Source: Nemertoderma westbladi (lineage: Eukaryota; Animalia; Xenacoelomorpha). Taken from it: 64,000 bases of DNA. Where the stretch lies: NCBI GenBank assembly GCA_032718475.1, contig JAUCBJ010006537.1:59741-123740 (forward strand). Reading direction: 5' to 3'. How positions within the stretch are numbered: position 1 is the stretch's first letter; each line of letters opens with the position of its first letter. The position numbers were made by a program, and so were the translations under genes. Under the pieces are notes generated by a model that worked only from the letters and a program-made list of their open reading frames with translations, made no database searches and had not been told where the DNA came from. Below are positions 1 to 8,695 of this stretch, in pieces.

Positions 1-1670
1 TGTAGTTGTGCAGATTTACCAAATCGTATTTTTGTACTGTAGTTGTGCAGATTTACCAAATCGTATTTTTGTACTGTAGTTGTGCAGATTTACTAAATCG
101 TATTTTTGTACTGTAGTTGTGCAGATTTACTAAATCGTATTTCTATACTGTAGTTGTGCAGATTTACTAAATCGTATTTTTGTACTGTAGTTGTGCAGAT
201 TTACCAAATCGTATTTTTGTACTGTAGTTGTGCAGATTTACTAAATCGTATTTCTACTGTAGTTGTGCAGATTTACCAAATCGTATTTTTGTACTGTAGT
301 TGTGCAGATTTACTAAATCGTATTTTTGTACTGTAGTTGTGCAGATTTACCAAATCGTATTTTTGTACTGTAATTGTGCAGATTTACCAAATCGTATTTT
401 TGTACTGTAGTTGTGCAGATTTACTAAATCGTATTTTTGTACTGTAGTTGTGCAGATTTACTAAATCGTATTTCTATACTGTAGTTGTGCAGATTTACTA
501 AATCGTATTTTTGTACTGTAGTTGTGCAGATTTACCAAATCGTATTTTTGTACTGTAGTTGTGCAGATTTACTAAATCGTATTTCTATACTGTAGTTGTG
601 CAGATTTACCAAATCGTATTTTTGTACTGTAGTTGTGCAGATTTACTAAATCGTATTTTTGTACTGTAGTTGTGCAGATTTACCAAATCGTATTTTTGTA
701 CTGTAGTTGTGCAGATTTACTAAATCGTATTTCTATACTGTAGTTGTGCAGATTTACTAAATCGTATTTTTGTACTGTAGTTGTGCAGATTTAACAAATC
801 GTATTTTTGTACTGTAGTTGTGCAGATTTACTAAATCGTATTTTTGTACTGTAGTTGTGCAGATTTACCAAATCGTATTTTTGTACTGTAGTTGTGCAGA
901 TTTACCAAATCGTATTTTTGTACTGTAGTTGTGCAGATTTACTAAATCGTATTTTTGTACTGTAGTTGTGCAGATTTACTAAATCGTATTTCTATACTGT
1001 AGTTGTGCAGATTTACTAAATCGTATTTTTGTACTGTAGTTGTGCAGATTTACCAAATCGTATTTTTGTACTGTAGTTGTGCAGATTTACCAAATCGTAT
1101 TTTTGTACTAGTTGTGCAGATTTACTAAATCGTATTTCTATACTGTAGTTGTGCAGATTTACCAAATCGTATTTTTGTACTGTAGTTGTGCAGATTTACT
1201 AAATCGTATTTCTATACTGTAGTTGTGCAGATTTACTAAATCGTATTTTTGTACTGTAGTTGTGCAGATTTACCAAATCGTATTTTTGTACTGTAGTTGT
1301 GCAGATTTACTAAATCGTATTTTTGTACTGTAGTTGTGCAGATTTACCAAATCGTATTTTTGTACTGTAGTTGTGCAGATTTACTAAATCGTATTTTTGT
1401 ACTAGTTGTGCAGATTTACTAAATCGTATTTCTATACTGTAGTTGTGCAGATTTACCAAATCGTATTTTTGTACTGTAGTTGTGCAGATTTACTAAATCG
1501 TATTTTTGTACTGTAGTTGTGCAGATTTACCAAATCGTATTTTTGTACTGTAGTTGTGCAGATTTACTAAATCGTATTTTTGTACTGTAGTTGTGCAGAT
1601 TTACTAAATCGTATTTCTATACTGTAGTTGTGCAGATTTACCAAATCGTATTTTTGTACTGTAGTTGTGT
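1..1670. repeat. 37-bp tandem repeat (minisatellite), consensus TGTAGTTGTGCAGATTTAC(C/T)AAATCGTATTT(TTG/CTA)TAC, ~45 copies, cut by the window start
   Basis: TGTAGTTGTG recurs at 1, 38, 75... (period 37). Recurrent variants ACC/ACT and TTTGTAC/TCTATAC, with a few 2-3 bp deletions (~255, ~1108, ~1402). Decays into diverged copies at ~1670-1745. Confidence 0.98.
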
Positions 1671-2092
1671 AGAATAATTGTATCTGTCTGTTGTTACTGT
1701 AGTCTTACAGAATTCCGAAATATCAATTTTGCGCTGTGTTTGTACCTGTCTGCCGGTGTGCAATTTTTTACATTCAGTAGTTCTATAGTTAGTGCTTAGT
1801 GGTCATATTTACTGTACCGGTATCATACCGTAGACTAGACCTACATCCATACCCTGATAGTTGTACCTATTCCAGTACTTATTATATTGATAATGGACAT
1901 TATTTGTGCCCGAAATATATTTATAATATCTTATAATATCTGAACATATAATTAATAATTGAATCTTTAATATCAAAAAATATAAGGATTTAGGCCAAAT
2001 TTGAATTGGTTGTAGTAATCCAACACTGAGACCAACCATTAAATATCATTTGTGTAAATTAGAATAAAACTTATTATCATCTTCATTTTCAG

Positions 2093-2224
2093 GATGTAAC
2101 GTGGCCGAGAAAGATCGAGTAGAATGTGGTAAAGGTGTTACTGGCAAAGGAGCATGTCAAAGCCTTGGCTGCTGCTTCATTGAGAGTATACAGGAAGGGC
2201 CGAAGTGTTTTGAAAACGAATCCG
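2093..2224 (+). CDS. Internal coding exon encoding one trefoil (P-type/TFF) domain
   Basis: Acceptor cttcattttcag|GA and donor G|gttagt; 132 bp, phase 1-1. Translates from 2095 as CNVAEKDRVECGKGVTGKGACQSLGCCFIESIQEGPKCFENES: six Cys with the trefoil hallmarks R-x-x-CG, C-x3-GCCF and P-x-CF. Confidence 0.92.
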
Positions 2225-3554
2225 GTTAGTTTATCAACGAATAATATATTTTTAATTGTATATGAAATATTATTATTTAAAATATGACTCTATTGAAAAT
2301 GATCGAGTCATTTGTACCAGATAGGTCTTGTTGAATACGTATCAAATTATCGCAATACGTATCAGTTTCGAAAGAAAACAAAACAATAAACCGGTCTATA
2401 TAAAGGTCAACAAGGAAACTCCAGTTGGTGAGGAATCCCTGCTAATATTATCAACCTTTAATACAATTTACTAGCGTGATGGCCCCTTATCCACCACATA
2501 TACTGCAAACTAAACTGCCGATAGGTAAGGGTTGTATCGAGTACAATTTGTAAACAAACAAAATATAAACAACAATTTATCTTAAATTTTCCCACTAAAA
2601 CAAATTCTGTATATTTCTATACACCGCACCGCTGTCGACGGTAGTAAAGGAAGGAAATTATACGCAATACTAAACCTGGTTATCTCGTGGATAAATTTTC
2701 CGATATTCTCTAATTTTCACTTCTACTCTGTAAAGTAACTGTAAGAGTGTCAAACTAATGATTGTGGGAGATGATTAGCTATCTAAATACCCAAATACAT
2801 TTATTTCTGGACAGTGAATAATGCTGTAGCTGAAACTTGGTATATAAGTTTAAACTCACCCCAAAGAAAAGGTCAAAATAAATAAAGATGAAGTGAAATG
2901 AATGTTAGTATCCCAATGAGACCCAAACCTAAGTCAAAACGATGAGCGCTGATACCAAATATCTACACTCTCCCTCCTTTGCACTTCCGTGCCGCCTGTG
3001 GTTATTATGATGGGGTATCCCGGTTCAATTTGGCCCAAACCCAAAAATAGTTAAAGCACCAGTTAACCTAATATAATTGTGTACATCAACCTAAAGAGAC
3101 CCCCTCCCCTTGTGGCTTGCCCAGTCCAACTTACTGCCCTTATGTTTCACTCGTATTGCGTGATATCATCCATCCATTTTGGGCTCCTGCAGTCGGCCGG
3201 TACCCCTACGGTTCGACCTCCTCCTCACTCCATAATTATCATTATTAGGCGGAGAATGCGCCGCTCATGTGTAAAAACATCGGGGTTTAATTCCGAACCG
3301 ATCACCACCGGGTGTCTTTATTCCACCATTTTGATTCACCAACACAAACAAACACAATTAGGGTTAATACATATAATCTGAACAAATTCAATATAAAATC
3401 TTGAAGAATAATCAATATAGGTCTGTTTTGCAACCATATAATAGCAAAACTGGTTTTTACCGGTTCCAGTAAGTTCTCGTTGACATAAAAATTCAGTAAA
3501 CCGGTTTTTACTTGGATATGAGTAGCTACTAGCTTTCTTATTCGTCCAGCAAAC

Positions 3555-3620
3555 AGATAAATGGCCAATCACAGCGCCCTTCTTATCACCTACATGGAAT
3601 GCGCCTGGCGCATGCGCATA
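3555..3620. promoter_or_regulatory. Promoter-like motif cluster: CCAAT box, two GATA motifs and an NRF1-type palindrome
   Basis: AGATAA (3555), GGCCAATCA (3563-3571), CTTATC (3582) and GCGCATGCGC (3608-3617), which overlaps the inverted repeat ATGCGC-CTG-GCGCAT (3599-3613). Motif match only. Confidence 0.3.
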
Positions 3621-4032
3621 ACTAGAGTTCAAACAGAAACAGCATCTAACTAAATCAATTTGTAAGGGCCACCCGTTTAGGTATAAAATTGCACAAATTA
3701 TGGATGTAGAAATTCTGTATCAACATTAGTTTAGATCCACCTTATTTACTGCGGTTTCAATACAGATATAAACTTGATTAAATATTTCCTAGTTTGCAAT
3801 AAAATTCGGAATTCAAAATCGTCAATAAATTAGCCATAATATCGTAAAAATAAATGAGTTTAACAGGTCTACTACAATATTGAAGAATAAAATAATGAGG
3901 ATTTTGGTACCGATTACATTTTATGATTGACTTTAATTGTTGCAATATAAACATACACGTTTAATAGATATTTTATTTTTAAAATAGTTATTTATTTTTA
4001 TGGTAATCGAAAAATCATTACGGAATGATATG

Positions 4033-4083
4033 GTCCCAACATGACCTACTAATAGTAGGTATTATAGTAGGTCATGGTCCCAA
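4033..4083. mobile_element. 37-bp palindromic micro-insertion with 12-bp terminal inverted repeats and a 7-bp flanking direct repeat
   Basis: GTCCCAA(4033-4039) CATGACCTACTA(4040-4051) ... TAGTAGGTCATG(4065-4076) GTCCCAA(4077-4083). Confidence 0.7.
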
Positions 4084-4362
4084 TCTAGTGACACCAAAAG
4101 CAGCAGTAAGAAACTCGTCCTTCGATATTACTATAGAAACACAATGTTACCCGAAAAGGAATTGTTAATACATAGACGTCTCCGTAAAACCTAACCCAGT
4201 GCAGTGGAGTGGACGTGCACAGTGAGCTAGCTGTACATGTATTTCTGTAGGAAAATAGAGTTTTTGGACTACATTTAGATGCGGTTAATCCGGCACAGAG
4301 ACAAACCAATGTTGAAAGTGTAAAACTCTTCAACTTTTTATTTATATAATTATTTTTGTCAG

Positions 4363-4413
4363 GATGAGAAAGTAGAATGTGGTTTAGGTGTGACTGACAA
4401 AAGGGAGCATGTC
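4363..4413 (+). pseudogene. Decayed partial duplicate of the trefoil exon (pseudo-exon)
   Basis: tttttgtcag|GATGAGAAAGTAGAATGTGGTTTAGGTGTGACTGACAAAAGGGAGCATGTCA aligns to 2093-2159, including the acceptor. It carries two internal deletions and an extra base, and lacks the GCCF half of the domain. Confidence 0.85.
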
Positions 4414-4705
4414 ATATACGAGTATATTTATTTGAAACTATTGTTTGACAATTATTTTTAAGCGATGATTAAACAGCAGTACATCGTCCAAAATAAAAAA
4501 AACGGGTTGCCATGGAATCGTGAATATATCTTGAACGAGTACGATGACCCCCATTTTTTATTTCATAAATTAACATTACTTACTCAGGTCTACGTGACCT
4601 TCGCCGCTGTCCTTCTTAATTTCTTTTAACCCGACTGGTTCCTGTTCAAACACTCTTTGGGATATTGGTCAACTAACAGCCAACGAAGGTATTTTCCCCT
4701 GTTAA

Positions 4706-4730
4706 CCCCCCCCCCCCCCCCCCCCCCCCC
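4706..4730. repeat. Poly-C tract (C25)
   Basis: Uninterrupted run of C; G-run on the minus strand. Confidence 0.95.
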
Positions 4731-4796
4731 TTCCTGGATAGCGGATGCGTGAATTACAGTATGATTTATGCGAAATTTTTCCGCTGATTTTGAACT

Positions 4797-4812
4797 TGAC
4801 CGCTAGGTGGTG
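4797..4812 (+). promoter_or_regulatory. CTCF-like motif TGACCGCTAGGTGGTG
   Basis: Close to the bilaterian CTCF core CC(A/G)C(C/T)AG(A/G)(T/G)GGC, with one mismatch (T for C). Motif match only. Confidence 0.35.
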
Positions 4813-4907
4813 TAAGTAGTTCAGTGAGTCACTAAATAATAATTTTTATTTAATTGCCTTGTTTGTATTCTGTATTCTTGAGTTTTAAAGATATAATTTT
4901 ACTTAAG

Positions 4908-5113
4908 TGTTGGAAAACCGTCCAAGTAATGGCTCGCCGATGAACGCAAGTGATCCAATAGAAGTTGATCTGATTGAAGTGACAGATGGAAAAGATGAAC
5001 CTCTACCCAAGATCGGTAAACGAATCCAATCTGGCTCCAACAGAGTTACTGGGCTTCTCACTACAGTGCTAACGGCTGTTCTTTCTGCTTACATACTGTC
5101 TTTCTATTGTTAA
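4908..5113 (+). CDS. Probable terminal coding exon of the trefoil gene: polar linker plus C-terminal hydrophobic, GPI-anchor-like signal
   Basis: Acceptor aattttacttaag|TG is phase 1, so G(2224)+TG gives Val and joins the trefoil exon in frame: (V)LENRPSNGSPMNASDPIEVDLIEVTDGKDEPLPKIGKRIQSGSNRVTGLLTTVLTAVLSAYILSFYC*. Small residues (SGSN) precede a ~20-aa hydrophobic terminus with no cytoplasmic tail. N-X-S sequons NGS and NAS are present. Confidence 0.75.
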
Positions 5114-5575
5114 TTGACCATCTACTTGACTACTATTGGTTAAAGCTGTGATTGATTGTAGGACACTATTGCCTTCTGCTATTAATTGATTGGCTGACCT
5201 CTTGAGTCTGACCTCATAACGGGCAACTTGTTTTAGATACATGTTTATCAATAATTTAGCTAAAATACCTCAAACAAGTTGCTCGTGTGAGTGCGGCAAC
5301 CTCAGAACAGAGACAGATACAAATCTTACTACTCTGTTAACGAATAAGCGGGGTCCGCTTACCTTGTGAGACTTTATCACGTGTTATTTCTCCATGTTTA
5401 GGCGTGAATTATAACCAATTTATTCTAGGTGTAAATTGGCATTATTCAGGTTTATGGAAGGAATGGGGCAAGTGGACACTTATCTGGGATAAGGACCCTT
5501 GTTTATTTATGTAAACATCTCTTTGTTGCGTACATTTTATCGGGTCATAACGCTAAAAAATGTTACATTTTACAC

Positions 5576-5581
5576 AATAAA
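5576..5581 (+). terminator. Candidate polyadenylation signal (AATAAA) for the trefoil gene
   Basis: First AATAAA I found downstream of the stop at 5113; another lies at ~6078. The hexamer is common in AT-rich DNA, so support is weak. Confidence 0.35.
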
Positions 5582-6962
5582 ATCCCTCCCTGCCATAATT
5601 AGTAAATGATGTGACTCCAAACACACCTGTTATTGTATTGAAGGAATAACACCACGAGCCCAATTCACTTGTTTACAATTATATTTTTATTATTGTAATT
5701 TAAACTTTTACTTCATTACTTTTTAAAGGTGGTTTGTGATAGTGGCTAAACCGAGCCCGTATGAACCCTGTACTTTTTGTTACGAAATTAGAACATACAA
5801 ATACCGTCACTAGGTGCGCGTGGACCCCTCTACAATTAGACTACTGGTAATACTTCTGATATCTGCCTATTTAATGCAACATGAAACACTCAACTACTTC
5901 ATTATGTAATTAAATAATTAATTTACCCCATGTATTATGTAACAATTGCCTTGGCAATTTATGTAGTTACGTGCAAAGGAATCTATGTTAGTCATTTGTG
6001 CAATAATAACTGTTAACTTGTATGTAAAGTAGAACTCTACTGGTTTGTTACACGAACGAACATAGAGAGTGAGTTTGAATAAAGATACGAGGATGAGAGC
6101 ACACTGAAGCAGCTATTAAAGGAACCTGTATATTACCTGGAACCTTCTCTAAAGGTAAATTTATTCCGGACAGCAGTAGAGCAGGCCATTCCAAAATAAG
6201 GTATATTTATCAACAACACCGAGATCTAACTGACGAAAGCCAGCATCACCCTGCGTTTTGCAGATTTGCGTCCTAGATATGTGGCCGATATACGAAGGTA
6301 AAAATTTAAATTTGATGGATTTAGGTCAACAATTTTTATATTTTTACCTTGAATAACTTTTTAACTATAAAATTTGAGAAAATCCAGCAAAAGTTTACAC
6401 TTCTTTTTAACCATAAAACTTTCTTTCATATGCAGTTTAACATCATGTCGTGTTTTTTTTGCACTCACTCGTTTCCATCGTGTATAGAATCACTCTGAGC
6501 AGCTGTTAACTTGAACTGTTAAGTTCTGTACGTTAAACACGGATATACGTTTTGTACCTTTCGTATTTTTTATATTTTTATAAAAAAACTTTTGTATCAA
6601 TAATTTTTTTACGTATATGAGATTTTCATTAGTACCTGATCATATTTAATATGTAAGTGAGTGAATCATAGTTACCGTCAATTGAACGAACCCAAGTTAA
6701 TTTCTTTTAAACTCTACTAGTATTACGTTGATTTTAGGAAACAAACTATGAAATTATAATAATTTGTAATTTTGCCATTTTAGTGGCTGTCTCGCGGCCT
6801 TGACTTTAGGCCTAGTTATTGATTTTTACTTTTCCGCCTCTTCCAGTACAGTTGACAGTTTGTTTGTAACAATTTTGATTATATTTTAAGTCCTATTCTA
6901 AGTTATTTATTGATAATTTACACCATGAACCGTAATATAATGTCATTTTCAGATGACACGGA

Positions 6963-6993
6963 CCCCCTCCCCCACCCCCCCCCCCCCCCCCCC
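6963..6993. repeat. Interrupted poly-C tract
   Basis: Near-pure C run with single T and A interruptions. Confidence 0.9.
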
Positions 6994-7425
6994 AGATTTT
7001 CTACAAATATCTGTCATATTGCAACACAACTAGTTCAACTCACCGTGGTTGTTACCATGAAGCCGGAATTTTAGATTTTGCCTTTAAATTTTTTTATAAG
7101 CGATTTAAAAAAGTCTCTTTTGCGAAATTGCACATCTTCTATCAACGCCATTCTCCACAATAACCTCGCTTTATAGATATTATTAAAAAGCTTGCGTTCC
7201 AAGGATTCAAATATGTAACAATGTTTGAATTTCGTTGAGAAACAGCTGAGAAATAGGCGTTCAAAGATTGTAAGAATTATCGTTCGCTGAAGGCCATTTA
7301 TTATATTTAATAAATACACAATGTTCTGGAACAATTTGTTTATGTATGATTAGCTACGCAATATAGATAGATATTGTATAGGCAAACCAATGTTGCCAAC
7401 CAACTCTTAAAATTGATTGAATTGA

Positions 7426-8650
7426 ATCATGCGCACTGGGCCCGCCCACATCGCCTCTACTGCCGGGACCGCGAAAGTCGTTGAGGCAATCAAAACTGGC
7501 GTTCGACTGCATGTTGCCGACCACGCGTCCTGCCTAGCTGAGGCTTTGAAGGAAAGCCGCAACGAATCGAACGAGAACTTCAAAGAAACGTTCGAGGAGA
7601 CCATCGCGGGACTCCCACGTGAACGCCATCGCCCCATAAGCCGGGCCGCCCAGTTCAAGACCGGTGGGTGGCTGTCAGCTCAGACTTCCCCATTGGACCA
7701 GACGGACCTCGACCCCCAGTCCTTTCGCGACAACCTCGCGCTACGGTATGGGTTGAGCCCCCCCGACCTTCCACTGACCTGCGAGGGCTGCGGCGCGCCA
7801 TTCGACACGTCACACGCCCTCAGTTGCAAGGTTGGAGGGTTGATCACCCGCCGTCACAACGAGATCCGTGACGTGTTTGGGGACCTCCTCGCAGAGGCGT
7901 ACGGGAACTCGAACGTAGAGCGGGAGGTGGTGCTGCGGAATGGGCACCTGCACTCGGAGGGGACGACGGTTGGGGGGGTTCGGGCTGACCTGGTCACCAG
8001 GGGGGTTTGGACGAATCAGGTGGTGGCGTCTTTCGATATCGCTGTAATTAATGTCGACGCCACCTCCTACGTTCGTTCAAACCGCTCTGTGGAGACCCTT
8101 CTCTCACAGAAAGAACGCGAGAAGAAGGCCCACTACCAGGAGCCCTGTGAGTCGAGGCGGATGAACTTCACCCCCCTCGTGTGCTCCACCGACGGAGTCT
8201 GGGGCGCCGAGGGCGAGAAATTCATCCGCCACCTCGCGGACGCACTGGTGGTGAGGAGGGTGGGGATGAGGCAGCGGGGGTTGGGAGCAGTCCTGGGGGC
8301 TGTGAGAAGACGACTGCAGTTCGCCTTATTAAGGGCAAACTCTCTGTGCCTCCGCGGTGGAAGGAGGCCCTGGAGGGGTCTGGGGTTCGGGGATGGGGCG
8401 GGAGTCAGGGATTTGGACAGGGAGATGTACCCCTCACCCTAACTCCCCTTTAATTTATACATTCACTGTTACCATAATTCATTGTTATCTTTACTTTATT
8501 TCACCTTAAACTATTAATGTTGTTTTGAGTTAATTTTTACATTTTTTACAAAGATGTTATAAACTCTACACCCGAGCATATACAGTAAACACATGGTTAT
8601 TTAATTATTCCGATATATTAATACTTTAATTATTATCATATAAAAAAAAA
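7426..8650 (+). mobile_element. 5'-truncated non-LTR retrotransposon of the RLE group (CRE-clade-like)
   Basis: Abrupt switch from AT-rich to GC-rich sequence at ~7430, ORF to 8442, AT/T-rich 3' UTR and an A9 tail at 8642-8650. The RT catalytic core is absent. No clear TSD, and the 5' boundary is uncertain by a few bp. Confidence 0.85.
7429..8442 (+). CDS. C-terminal fragment of retrotransposon polyprotein: post-RT region, CCHC zinc knuckle and restriction-like (PD-(D/E)xK-type) endonuclease
   Basis: GWL...FRDNLALRYG; C-x2-C-x7-H-x3-C (CEGCGAPFDTSHALSC, 7780-7827); RHNEIRD; RADL (7981); FDIAV; EREKKAHY; FTPLVCSTDG; LLRANSLCL. This motif order is typical of the C-terminus of CRE-type elements. 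337 codons without a stop; in-frame TGA at 7423 just upstream. Confidence 0.88.
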   Translation: MRTGPAHIASTAGTAKVVEAIKTGVRLHVADHASCLAEALKESRNESNENFKETFEETIAGLPRERHRPISRAAQFKTGGWLSAQTSPLDQTDLDPQSFRDNLALRYGLSPPDLPLTCEGCGAPFDTSHALSCKVGGLITRRHNEIRDVFGDLLAEAYGNSNVEREVVLRNGHLHSEGTTVGGVRADLVTRGVWTNQVVASFDIAVINVDATSYVRSNRSVETLLSQKEREKKAHYQEPCESRRMNFTPLVCSTDGVWGAEGEKFIRHLADALVVRRVGMRQRGLGAVLGAVRRRLQFALLRANSLCLRGGRRPWRGLGFGDGAGVRDLDREMYPSP

Positions 8651-8695
8651 GGTATATTAAATAGAATATTTATTCTGTATAAAACATTTAATATC

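Noticed and set aside
154-336. 60-aa ORF in the 37-bp array
   Set aside because: Translation of the tandem repeat.
3079-3632. Three short overlapping ORFs and a B-box-like GGTTCGACC at ~3210
   Set aside because: No recognisable domains; no A-box or cloverleaf to support a tRNA or SINE.
4085-4333. Minus-strand ORF with a signal-peptide-like, Cys-containing N-terminus
   Set aside because: Starts at TTG rather than ATG, has no family motif, and is antisense within the inferred intron.
6225-6300. Possible hammerhead ribozyme (CTGACGA...GGCCGATA)
   Set aside because: The second core reads GATA rather than GAAA, and I could not build convincing stems I and III.
7071-7334. 87-aa minus-strand ORF next to the retroelement
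   Set aside because: AT-rich, low-information translation with no transposase or other motif.
7405-7430. (A)TTGA micro-repeat at the element's 5' junction as a TSD or telomere-like target
   Set aside because: Only three imperfect copies, not repeated after the A tail, and not a recognised telomeric motif.
7407-8453. Alternative-frame and antisense ORFs (7407-7658, 7668-7871, 8181-8453)
   Set aside because: Shadow ORFs of the GC-rich retrotransposon coding sequence.
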